From Stegostoma tigrinum (lineage: Eukaryota): a stretch of DNA of 64,000 nucleotides. The notes beneath the pieces are model-generated. The model was given only the letters and a program-made list of their open reading frames with translations. It did not search any database and was not told where the DNA came from. Below, one piece after another: positions 24,459 to 35,988 of this stretch. Numbering within the stretch: position 1 is the first letter of the stretch; every line of letters starts with the position of its first letter. A program made the position numbers and the translations under genes. Location of the stretch: positions 3,100,001 through 3,164,000 of the forward strand of contig NC_081358.1 of assembly GCF_030684315.1 (NCBI RefSeq), written 5' to 3'.

Positions 24459-27400
24459 ATAGAACAAAGAACAAAGAAAATTGCAGCACGGGAACAGACC
24501 CTTCAGCCCTCCAAGCCTGCACCGATTGCAATTCTCTGTCTAAACCTGTCACCTATTTTCTAAGGGTCTTTGCTCCCCGCCCACCCATGTACCTGTCCAG
24601 ATACATCTTAAAAGACACTATCATGTCTGCGTCTACCACGTCCACTGACAACGCATTCCAGGCACCCACCACCCTCTGCATAAAAAACTTTCCACGCATA
24701 TCTCCCATAAACTTTCCTCCTCTCACTTTGAACGCATGACCCCTAGTAATTGAGTCCCCCACTCTGGGAAAAAGCTTCTTGCTATGCATCTCATGATTTT
24801 GTAGGCCTCAATCAGGTCTCCACTTAATCTCCCTCTTTCTAATGAAAATAGTCCTAGTATACTCAACCTTTTTTCATAGCTAACGCCCTCCATATCAGGC
24901 AACATCCTGATGAACCTCCTCTGCACCCTCTGCAAAGCATCCACATCCTTTTAGTAATACGGTGACCAGAACTGTACGCAGTACTCCAAATGTGGCCGAA
25001 CCAAAGACTTATGCAACTGCAACATGACCTGTCAACTCTTGTTCTCAATACCTTGTCCGATGTGGGAAAGCATGCCGTATGCCTTCTTGACCACCCTATT
25101 AACCTGCGTTGTCACCTTCAGGGAACAATGGACCTGAACACCCAGTTCTCTCTGTCCATCAATTTTCGCAAGGACTTTTCCATTTACTGTATAGTTCGCT
25201 CCTGAATTAGATCTTCCAAAATGCATCACCTCGCATTTGCCCAGATTGCCCTCCATCTGCCATTCATCTGCCCAACTCTCCAGTCTATCTATATTCTGCT
25301 GCATTCTCTGACAGTCCCCTTCACTATCTGCTGCTCCACCAATCTTTGTGTCATCTGCAAACTTGCTGATCAGACCACCTAAACCTTCCTCCAAATCATT
25401 TACGTATATCACAAAAAACAGTGGTCCTAGCACAGATCCCTGTGGAACATCACTGGTCACAGGTTTCCAATTTGAGAAACCCCCTTCCACTACAACTCTC
25501 TGTCTCCTGTTGCCTGGTCAGTTTTTTTACCCAACTAGCTAGGACACCCTGGGCCCCATTCAACTTCACTTTCTCCATCAGCCTGCCATGAGGAACCTTA
25601 TCAAACACCATACTGAGGTCCATGTATATGACATCTACAGCCTTTCCCCCATCAATCAACTTTGTCATGTCCTCAAAGAATTCTATTAAGTTGGTAAGAC
25701 ATGACCTTCCCTGCCTATCATTGATAAGCCCATTTTCTTCCAAATGGGAATAGATCCTATCCCTCAGTATCTTCTCCAGCAGCTTCCCTACCACTGACAT
25801 CAGGCTCACTGGTCAATAATTACCTGGATTGTCCCTACAACTATTCTTAAACAAGGTGACAACATTAACTATTCTCCAGTCCTCTGGGACCTCACACATG
25901 TTTAAGGGTGCTGCAAAGATATCTGTTAAGGCCCCAGCTATTTCTTCTCTCGCTTCCCTCAGTAACCTGGGATAGATCCCATCTGGACCCAGGGACGTGT
26001 CCACCTTAATGCCTTTTAGGATACCCAACTCTTCCTCCCTCCTTATGCTGAGTTGACCTAGAGTAATCAAATATCTATCTGTCATGTCCCTCTCCTTGGT
26101 GAATATCAATGCAAAGTACTCGTTAAGAATGTCACCCATTTTTTCTGACTCAATGCATAACTTTCCTTCTTTGTCCTTAAGTGGGCCAATCCTTTCTCTA
26201 GTTACCCTTTCCCCCTTTATCTATGAATAAAAGGCTTTGGGATTTTCCTTAACCAATGTTTGCTAAAGATATCTCATATACCCTTTTAGGCTCCTAATTC
26301 CTTGTTTCAGATTTGCCCTACATTCTTGATATTCTTCCAAAGCTTTGAATGCCTTCAGTCACCTAAGCCTTATATATGCTTCCTTTTCCCTCGTAGCTAG
26401 TCTCACAACTTCACCTGTCATCCATGGTTCGCTAATCTTGCCATTTCTATCCCTCATTTTCAGAGGGACTTGCCTCTACTGCACGTTAATCAATCTCTCT
26501 TTAAAAGCCTCCCACATTTCAAATGTGGATTTACCTTCAAACAGTTTCTCCCAATCTGCATTCCCCAGATCCTGCCAAATTTTGGTATAGTTGGTCTTCC
26601 CCCAGTTTAGAACTCTTCCTTTAGGACCACTGTCATCTTTGTCCATGAGTATTGTAAAACTTACGGAATTGTGGTCACTATTTCCAAAGTAGTCCCCTGC
26701 TGTAATTTCGACCACATGGCCGGGCTCATTCCCCAACACCAGGTCCAGTATGGCCCTTTCCCGAGTTGGACTACATACATACTGCTCTAGAAAACTCTCC
26801 TGGATGCTCCTTACGAATTCTGCTCCATCTTGACCCCAACACTAATTGAATCCCAGTCAATATTGGGAAAATTAAAATCCCCCATCACCACCACACTGTT
26901 GCTCCTACACTTTTCCATAATCTGTTTACATATTTGTACCTCTATCTCATGCTTGCTGTTGGGAGGCCTGTAGTACAGCCCCAATATTGTTACTGCACCC
27001 TTCCTATTTTTGAGCTCTGCCCATATTGCCTCACTGCTCAAGTCCTCCATAGTGCCCTCCTTCAGTACAGCTGTGATATCATTTTTGACCAGTAATGCTA
27101 CTCCTCCACCCCTTTTACCTCCCTCTCTATCCCGCCTGAAGTATCGATATCCTGGAACATCTAGTTGCCAATCATACCCTTCCCTCAACCAAGTCTCAGT
27201 AATAGCAATAGCATCATACTCCCAGGTACCGATCCAAGCCCTACGTTCATCTGCCTTACCCACTACACTTCTCGCATTAAAATAAATGCACCTCAGACCA
27301 CCTGTCCCTTTGTGTTCATCATCTGCTCCCTGCCTACTCTTCCCTTTAGTCATGCCAACTTCATTATCTAGTTCCCTACAGGCTTTAGTTACTACCTCCT

Positions 27401-28690
27401 TTTTGTCCAATATTTGGTTCCCATCCCCCTGCCATATCAATTTAAACCCTCCCCCACAGCATTAGCAAAAGCATCCCCAAGGACATTGGTTCCAGTCTGG
27501 CTCAGGTGCAGACCATCCAATTTGTAATAGTCCCACCTTCCCCAGAACAGGTCCCAATGTCCCAAACATCTGAACCCCTCCCTCCTGTACCATCTCTCAA
27601 GCCACGTATTTATCCTAGCTATTCTTTCATTTCTGCTCTGACTATCATGTCACATTAGTAGCAATCCTGAGATTACTACCTTTGAAGTCTTACTTTTTAA
27701 CTTGGCTCCTGACTCCATAAATTCTGCTTGTAGGACCTCATCCCGTTTTCCACCTATATCATTGGTGCCTATATGCACCACGACAACTGGCTGTTCTCCC
27801 TCCCCCTTCGGAATGTTCTGTAGCTGATCTGAGACATCCCTCACCCGTGCACCTGGGAGGCAACATACCATTCGAAGGTCTCATTTTCAACCACAGAACC
27901 GCCTATCTACTCCCCGTACAATTGAATCCCCAGTGACTATCGCCCTCACACTCTTTTTTCCCGCCCTTCTCTACAGCAGAGCCAGGCAAGGTGCCATGAA
28001 CCTGGTTACTGCTGCCTTCCCCTGGTGAGCCATCTGCCCCAACAGTATCCAAAACGGTATACCTGTTTTGGAGGAAGGTGACCACAGGGGACACCTGCAC
28101 TGCCTTCCGGCTCTTTCTCTGCTTTTTGGTCACCCATTTTCTTTCTCCCTCAGCAATCCTAATCTGCGGTGTGACCAATTCGCTAAACGTGCTACTCACG
28201 ACCCCCTCAGCGTCGCGGATGCTCCAAAGTGGTCCATCCGCAGCTCCAGAGCCGTCATGCGGTCTAACGAGAGCTGCAGCTGGACACACTTGCTACACGT
28301 GAAGGAGTCAGGGACATCAGCCGTGTCCCTGAGCTCACACATTGAGCAAGAGCAGCATAACACGGGTCTGAGATCTCCTGTCATTTTTAATCTTAAACTT
28401 AATTTAAATCAATGAAAAAGGAACGAAAAATGTTTTTTAGCAAACATGCAATAAAAAAAGACAAAAAAGAAATAGAAAAAGCCTTATCTCATATACATAC
28501 CATCGAGTCCTTTTTTTCTGGTTAGACCAGGAGGGCGGGTGGGAGATACTGCACATGTAGTGTCTCGATTTCAGCCGCTGCCCAAATAAATGTACACCGC
28601 TCCCGCTCGAGGTAAGCTTTTTTAAAGTGGGAAAACTTACCTTCCCGGCTGCCTCCTGGTGCTCGCTCTCTCGGTTCTCAGTTCTCTCTA
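24459..28690 (-). mobile_element. Near full-length decayed CR1 LINE (5'UTR, ORF1 zinc-finger/SGNH esterase, ORF2 APE endonuclease + RT)
   Basis: ORF1 CSCSMC...CSKC and VCCLPGARVRDV/VHIGTND; ORF2 YFNARS, ITETWL, YYRPPN, MGDFNFP, VPQGSVLGP, KFADDTK; (GTTCTTT)n tail; many stops and frameshifts. Confidence 0.92.
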
Positions 28691-28899
28691 TTAGAATTTA
28701 GTTGATACATTATTAAATTATTAATTTAATTCAAGCCCCAAAGCCTGATTTGTGCTGTTATTTTTGGTAATTTTTTAGTCTTTTTTTCTAGCATCTTCAG
28801 CAGACTCCGGAAAGGGTGCAGCATTTTATTTTTCAATTGGGAGGAGCATAGACCCAGTTTAAATTTGAATGCATTTTCAGCACTGCTCCTAGGTGCTAA

Positions 28900-30210
28900 G
28901 TTTCTATCCCTTCCCTGCCATTCACAGTTCAGCTTGTTATATTTAGATATTCTGTCTTTAGGAACCTGATGTTGAATAACTCTGCGCTGTCTCACAGGTC
29001 ATTGTGCTCTTCATTCCTTGATTTAAGAAAAGTGATGATGTCAGGCATGAGACCTAAAAGTCATTGTAGGATCTTTGTTCAACTCAATCAGTTCCTATCA
29101 GCAAGGAGTTTTGGTTAACAATAGGCCATGTCAAGTTTGTCCAGTAAGAACATCAACAAAAGGTGCTGAAGTTTACAGTCTTCACGACACATTTCATTAT
29201 ATCCAAAAAGTCCAGAACGCTAATCTTTAATATTGCGATGGTACATACTGTGGTAAGTAATAAAAGAGGAATAATCACGACCATTTCTGAAAAATGCAAC
29301 AAAGTCCATTCTGAGAAAGGGTCACCAGACCCAAAACGTTAACTCTGTTTTCTCCTCCACGGATGCTGCCAGACCTGCTGAGCCTTTCTAGCAGCTTTGC
29401 TTTTGCAACAAAGTCCAAATTTGTGTCAAACATGGCTGGTTCATCATCAGTTGTGAAAGAGATCAATTTCTTGATTGGAATTTTTTTCTCAAGAACACAC
29501 TTTTTGAATTCATTCCACATACCCAAACAGTTAACCTCTCTTTAAGGGGCACAAGACTGAGAAGATCTTCTTTAGTTGTCCTATCCTTAAAATCTATGAA
29601 CATAAGAACAATCAGCTGGAGTGAGCCAGTTGTGTTGATGGATTCAGCAAATTGCAACGAGAAGCGTTCACAGTCCTTCAGGTCCTGCTGTTGCCGCTGA
29701 AAGATGTCTTCAGACAATGGTTCCACTCACCTGGCTGCTGTGAAATCATCAGGTGACAAGTACTGATGCCATTATTATTTCTTCTTTGTTCTTAAAGTCC
29801 TTGAATTAAAAATAATTGCCCACAGTTATTGTTTCTTTGGCTACTCTGCCATCTGTAATGATTTCCTCTGTTATGCCAGAAGGTAGGAGGTACAAAGTGT
29901 TACCTCAGTGCTTCAGTGCTAGCCTTATCTTTTATGGTTGGTTTGGGAAAAAAAAAGTTCACCTTACAGAATTACCTTCAGTTCATCAACTTTCTTTGTC
30001 TGAAGCATATTGTTCAACAGACATTTATCCTTGAACCACTGTACAATAACCACTGTTATTGTGTGTCATTCCAAAATTTTCCTTTTTACTTAGTGCTTTC
30101 CTTTGGTGACCTAGAAAGCAAATTTTCATTTTTTCATCAGTTGTGAACAGAAAGTTATCTTCCCATTCCAGATGGAAAACATTTTTCATTTCTTTTTACA
30201 TGGCCCATGT
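28900..30210 (-). mobile_element. hAT (SPIN/Buster, GTF2IRD2-like) transposase fossil
   Basis: Fragments FHLEWEDNFLF, FSLQFAES..QLIV, KEDLLSLVPLKE, IKKLISFTTDDEPAM, ITYHSMYH match hAT DDE transposase motifs. Confidence 0.8.
29309..29403 (+). mobile_element. Short Penelope-type terminal-repeat insertion inside the hAT fossil
   Basis: Perfect 14-bp TSD tgcaacaaagtcca at 29295-29308 and 29404-29417. Confidence 0.8.
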
Positions 30211-30409
30211 TAAACACCTCATTATAGCTTCACATTCTAGTTCACTATGCTACTCTGTCACGAGTCACACTGCAGGTCAATCTCTGCATCGGCGCTTCTG
30301 GATCATTTAGAATGTTGCTGTATACTTTCAAACATAAGGGCTGAAAGGTCACTTCTGTGGTTGTGATTTATTTTCAGGACGCTTAATTGGCATGCGTTAC
30401 TCAGATAGA

Positions 30410-30815
30410 TATAGAACATTACAGCACAGTACAGGCCCTTCGGCCCTTGATGTTTTGCCGACCTGTCATACCGATCTCAAGCCCATCTAACCTACACTAT
30501 TCCATGTACGTCCATGTGCTTGTCCAATGACGACTTAAATGTACCTAAAGTTGGCGAATCTACTACCGTTGCAGGCAAAGCGTTCCATTCCCTTACTACT
30601 CTCTGAGTAAAGAAACTACCTCTGACATCTGTCCGATATCTTTCACCCCTCATTTTAAAGCTATGCCCCCTCGTGCTCGCCGTCACCATCCTAGGAAAAA
30701 GGCTCTCCCTATCCACCCTATCTAACCCTCTGATTATTTTATATGTTTCAATTAAGTCACCTCTCAACCTTCTTCTCTCTAATGAAAACAGCCTCAAGTC
30801 CCTCAGCCTTTCCTC
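30410..30815 (-). mobile_element. Young 5'-truncated CR1 3' end
   Basis: Uninterrupted EERLRDLRLFSLERRRLRGDLIETYKII...FFTQRVVREWNALP. Confidence 0.85.
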
Positions 30816-30879
30816 GATATTGGATATGAGATACAGCAGTGTTACCCATAACTTTTCTTCACCCGACACAGACCTATTA

Positions 30880-31490
30880 GGTAAGCAGCTGACTGCAGGT
30901 AATCTATTCTGACAGTGAAGGGATGAAGGATCGATCAACCCAGCTTGCAAAGGACATGTCCTCGCTCTTGCCCTAACCTTGAGCAGATTGTAAAAGTTAT
31001 TTGGCAGAATCACTCATTACCAGAACCTCCCGACAAGCACCACAATGTCGCTTGTCTAGTGGTGAGAATGGCACTGCCTGTCAAATCCTTCATCACTCTC
31101 TCTGCCACCACATACTGTCCTCAAAGTGGCTGGGGGAGGGAATAGCGTCTGTGACACACCTCCTTTGGGAATGTGCCTTTGCCAAGAAGGTCTGGAGAGG
31201 CGTGCAACAGTTCTTGTTGAGGTTGGTCCTGAACAGGCCCGTGGCAAAGGATTCTGTGCTCGACGAACTGCTCCCCAGGTTGCACACAGGGACAAGCATC
31301 AACTCTTCTGAAGGACCATAAACTCAGTGAAAGATGCTCTTTGGTCTGCCCAAAACTTGATGGTCTTTCAGTGCAGGAATTGGCCTGGACTGAGTGCTGC
31401 AGACTGGCCTGTTCCAAGGTCCAGGGCTATGTGCAGGGCTACGCACCACAGCTTGGGACAGCTACTGCCAAAGAGGAAGACTGTTGTTTA
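30880..31490 (+). mobile_element. L1/Tx1-clade LINE ORF2 C-terminal (zf-RVT) fragment
   Basis: PDKHHNVACLVVRMALPVKSF and SVTHLLWECAFAKKVW. Confidence 0.65.
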
Positions 31491-32201
31491 AGTTCTTTCT
31501 GACAAAATATAGCAGAGTCCTGTTCAGTTCTCAGACTCCCAATGCCTCAAAATATATGGAAATTCTTTTGCTGTATGAGGTAAAAATGCCTTAGCTTTTG
31601 CGACTAACTGGTAGCTCTGTGGGATGTAAAATTCCAATATGATCCCTGTGTTTCCTTTTGCTCTCTGCAAAAACTCCATGGAAAGGATTGAGAACATTTT
31701 GTACATAGTTATAGATAAAACCTTTTTATGAGTAAAATACATTTTTGAAATAAAAGCAGAAACCTGTTCATCAGTCTAACTCTAAACTTGATTCTCGATT
31801 TTACCCCAATACTAACCGTCAGTCAATTACAAAATCTGCACTCCCCACCTTACCCTTCCCCTGCCCCTCACACCTCATCCCGAAACTCTGTGTACCCCGA
31901 CGCGGGAATGGGTGGAATATCAGTCGGTTAGTTAGTATGACATTGGAATTGATGTGAATACTGAAGGGTTCCAAGCCCTGGAAATGCGTTCAGTGAAAGC
32001 TGGGTCTGGGGAATTCCAGGTCAGATTCAATCTTTCTGAACCCGGATTGACTGTATCACTGAAACCAGATCAGTTGAGGTGGACACGCTGTTTGGCACTG
32101 TGCTGACACGCTTGGGCAGTGACTGTCGTGTGGTTACTGTAAAACGGTGCAGTCAACTAAAAGCTGGAAACGCCGCGGGTGACGAAGCTGAGCGAGCGGG
32201 A

Positions 32202-32229
32202 GGTTATTGTCAGGAGATGTAACACAGTG
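32202..32229 (-). other. 12-RSS of J1
   Basis: GGTTATTGT + 12 nt + CACAGTG. Confidence 0.9.
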
Positions 32230-32284
32230 GAGAGCGGTGCTTACGTGAAAATCTTCGGCGCTGGAACTAAACTCTTTGTCACAG
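32230..32284 (+). CDS. TRGJ: TRGJ #1 (ESGAYVKIFGAGTKLFVT)
   Basis: KxFGxGT motif, donor GTGAGA at 32285, phase 1. Confidence 0.95.
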
Positions 32285-32497
32285 GTGAGAATTCGACGCA
32301 AAGAACGATGTCTATTGCAGTAACAGCGGAGATATGCCGAATAACCGGGTTGTTAGAGATGGTGTAAGGACCGGAGCTCCGGGTGAATGCCTGGAGAATT
32401 GGGCATCGGGACTAGACTGGCTTTCAGAGGAGCGGGACGCTATGTTCTGATTTCTTCAGATTTAGTTCCTTTGGGAGAGAGGCTGTGCAAATGAATT

Positions 32498-32525
32498 GGT
32501 TATTGTAAAGTGATATAACACAGTG
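32498..32525 (-). other. 12-RSS of J2
   Basis: GGTTATTGT + 12 nt + CACAGTG. Confidence 0.9.
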
Positions 32526-32582
32526 CCATCTCTGGTGCACGGAGAGTAATATTCGGCTCTGGGACTCGGCTCACAGTATCTG
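32526..32582 (+). CDS. TRGJ: TRGJ #2 (ISGARRVIFGSGTRLTVS)
   Basis: FGxGT motif, donor GTAAGA at 32583; missed by the ORF track. Confidence 0.93.
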
Positions 32583-32810
32583 GTAAGAGGTTTGAGCGCG
32601 GTGAAGTGTTCCATAGGTTCCGGAGAGAATTATTTACAAAAATAACGTCAGGCGTGGCGGTCAGTCTGTACAATGTTTGCTGAGAGTTTGACTGTCCACG
32701 GTGCCGGTTCCTCATGTTTCCAAACTTAGTGGAACAGACTGGCATCAAATCCCTTGTTCCCAGTCGGTGTTTGCCGAATTAAGTCAGTGTCAGGGTACAG
32801 ACGATGCTGG

Positions 32811-32838
32811 GGTTTGTGTGCAGATGTATGTCACAGTG
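32811..32838 (-). other. 12-RSS of J3
   Basis: GGTTTGTGT + 12 nt + CACAGTG. Confidence 0.9.
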
Positions 32839-32881
32839 GGGGTAAAGGTCTTCGGAGCTGGGACTAAACTGCTTGTTACAG
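32839..32881 (+). CDS. TRGJ: TRGJ #3 (GVKVFGAGTKLLVT)
   Basis: KxFGxGT motif, donor GTGAGT at 32882. Confidence 0.95.
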
Positions 32882-33416
32882 GTGAGTGGATAGTGTTAGT
32901 CAATCCAGCAGGGTTACAGTCATAGCGCAGCGGGGCTCGCTCCGGGTTCATACCAGGAAAGCCTCGGGAACTTGGGTCGAAGGCCGCTTGACGTGTTCTC
33001 GACTCTAGCTTTTTAACGGAGCCGGAGGCGCTGAGTGCACGATCCCGGGCACCTCACGATGCCAATATTAAAACTGATCATCCCGTAACACGGAGACTGT
33101 ACAATACGGTATCGTGACCAAGATGGCTATCTCCAGCAAGATCCCAGCCTTTCTGGGGTAACGATAGGTTGGTATCCAAGTGCCACGATAACCTGGATCC
33201 ACCACTTAAATTGTGTTTGCAGAATTTCCCCATTACTAGTAACTCTGAAAACTCTATGAAGTTTAATGAGGGAAACATCTGAAACTCAGTTGGATAAAGC
33301 AGTGGTAGTGAGTAGAAATAGTAACAATTCATTGAGTCAATAATACTATTACAAATGGTGATAGCAGAGGCACGGTAAGTGTACTGAGACAGTAATCCTT
33401 AAAAGCTCACCGCTGA

Positions 33417-33444
33417 AGATTTTGTAAAGTCCTCTGTCACTGTG
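33417..33444 (-). other. 12-RSS of J4
   Basis: AGATTTTGT + 12 nt + CACTGTG. Confidence 0.88.
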
Positions 33445-33493
33445 GCCGGTGCACGTTTGCAGTTCGGCACTGGGACCAGGCTCGTTGTAACGG
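33445..33493 (+). CDS. TRGJ: TRGJ #4 (AGARLQFGTGTRLVVT)
   Basis: FGxGT motif, donor GTGAGT at 33494; missed by the ORF track. Confidence 0.92.
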
Positions 33494-35209
33494 GTGAGTC
33501 TTATTTTGTTGCTCATCCCGGATCGTGTCCCCCTGCAGCCGTGTGCCCTGCAATTTATACAAAGTGATAAAGAAAATCTACCGCTTTTGGCGCTGGGACT
33601 GAACCGGAGACCACCCGCGAGTCTTCAAATCCAGCATTTAACAATACACGGGAACAGTTCACAGGCTGCTTCAGGGAGACACGAAAAACAGCGTTTAGCA
33701 TCGCTTTAGGGGCGATCAGATGCTTCAATTTGTTGGGAATGGAACGTGTAGAAACCGGGAAGTTACAGTGGGACCCGAAAATGAACGAGGAGCTTAGTTT
33801 CCAGTTGAAATCGTTCACTGCTCTCACACTATAGCCGCAGCTCTGGGCAATATCCAACATAAAAGAATAAGCTGTGAATTTATAATATACAAAGCCAGCT
33901 GAGTTTCTCCCGCATTCTCCGGGTTTGTTTGAAATTCCAGCTTTCACAATAGTTTGTCTTTATACGTAATGGGTTTACATAAAATTTCGACTTTCAGCGT
34001 AAAAGTACTTTAGTTATTTTGGAACAGTGTTAAGAACACGATTAATGTCCCAAACTGTTTTCAATGTTCACAAATCTACACTCTAGGAGCGAGTGGCTGT
34101 GTGTAACATCTTAGCAGTTGATGATGTAGGAATAAAGCATGGGTAACTGGGTAGGTCTAGATGCTGGGGTACTTAGGGAAGGGTAGGCGATCAGTTCTGT
34201 GCTGGACTGTCCGCGTCGGTGAGGGGGACAGAGAGACAACACGTGGGATCGGAGCCCCAAAGGACCGGGAATACGGTCCGTTCATTGCCTTTCAGTCAGA
34301 ACGAGAACAGACCGGCATTTAGTTCATGTTCACCTTCAACATTGCCGCCGGTCAATGTACTTTTGAAAGTTCATCATCATTCATTGATCATGTCAACTCA
34401 ATTACTCTGGTCCTAGAGGAATCCCTAAAAAAAAGGAGGGACTTCCTTTCATTAGTTTAGAATCAAGAAAGTGGCCAGGCGAACAAAAGTGCTAAAAGAT
34501 GTGGAAGGCAGCGTAAAATTTTACCAAGATACATTAGAGAAGGAAGATATTAGGTTTATCGTGAATGTACCACGTCTTTCCAATTGGCGCTTCTCCTCTA
34601 CTCCCCCGCCGTAGCTTTAGGTATTTCTACTTCTCAAAATTTGAATTAGTTTCCGCATCGTTTACAGACGGTGCATTCCGGGTCACAATTCGTTGCACAA
34701 CTTTGAACAAAAGCTAACCAGGTCGGGAGTTTAGAAACAACGAGAAGTGATCTCATTGAAAAATTTAAGGGGCTCGACAAGATAAATATGAGAGAATGTT
34801 TCCCCTCATGGGAGGTTTTTTGGACCAGAGGTCTCAGAATGAAAGGGACGCAATTTAAGACTCAGATGAGGAAGAATTTCTTCTGTCAGAGAGTTATGAC
34901 GTTTTCTGTCTCTTAGCCACATGTAAGATTCTTGATCAGTAGGGGAATTAAGGATTCCAGGGGAAGGGCAGGAAAGCGGGCGTGAGGATATCGGAACAGC
35001 CATGATCCCACTGAATGCTGTGCAGACTCGAGGGGCCGAACGGCCTACTCCTGCTCTTAAATCTTTCGATCTTATGGTTTGTACACTTACAGATGCACCC
35101 ATGGTTGCCTGACACTGGAAGCTATTTCCCCATATTTACTCGACCTGCAGACAAGTTGTGCGTTGTAAATTTGTTTGTCCTTAACGTTCTTCCTTTTTGT
35201 TAAAATCAG

Positions 35210-35530
35210 ACCAAAGTGTTCGTGAACCAAAAATTCAAATTTTCCCTCCGAACCAATCTGAACTGGACAAGAATAACAGGGCGGCCGTCGTCTGTCTCCT
35301 GACTGACTTCTTCCCCGAAGTCATTCGAGTTCAATGGACTATCGGGAATAACAAGGCATCCGATGATGCTGTGTTAACAGACGCAGTGGAGAAACAGAAA
35401 AACGGCGCTTACTCAGTGATCAGTCGCCTGACAATCACTAAGTTTGATTGGACTGGAAAAGACATTCACTGCAAGGCGGAGCATGAAACAAATCCAAAAG
35501 AAGTCACGATTAACCAGCACTCCCGAACAG
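35210..35530 (+). CDS. TRGC: TRGC exon 1 (Ig C1 domain)
   Basis: Acceptor ...aaatcAG; DQSVREPKIQIFPP...VCLLTDFFPEVIRVQW...YSVISRL...IHCKAEHE; phase-1 donor at 35531. Confidence 0.95.
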
Positions 35531-35796
35531 GTACTGTTCCCATTGACTCCATTGTCTTCTCTTCTACTTCTTAGCACAGGCGGGTTCAGGGAACATTTTG
35601 CATCAATCTCCATCTCACTAAAATGTCCTTTTTGACACTTTCACTTTAAGTTACTGCATTTCGTTTTAGAAACAGCGTTCAGTATTCGCCTGACATAATA
35701 GATATATACATATATAGATTTTTATATATCTGTATATAACCGTATAGATAAATTACAGAATAAACCCCAAAAGGACTGCGGATGCTGTAAATCAGG

Positions 35797-35988
35797 AACA
35801 AAAGCGAACTTTCTGGAGAAGCTCAGCAGGTCTTGCATCATCTGTGGAGGTGAAGACAGACTTAACGTTCCGGGTCCAGTGACCTTTCCTTCTGAGGAAA
35901 GATCACTGGACCCGGAACGTTAAGTCTGTCTTCACCTCCACAGATGATGCAAGACCTGCTGAGCTTCTCCAGAAAGTTCGTTTTTGTT
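35797..35988. repeat. Near-perfect 94-bp inverted repeat with a 4-nt spacer, derived from a Penelope-type terminal repeat
   Basis: 35797-35890 is the reverse complement of 35895-35988 with 2 mismatches. Confidence 0.92.

Noticed and set aside
32096-32140. CACTGTG plus GGTTACTGT upstream of J1 as a possible D segment or extra J
   Set aside because: Wrong order and spacing, no paired RSS and no FGxG
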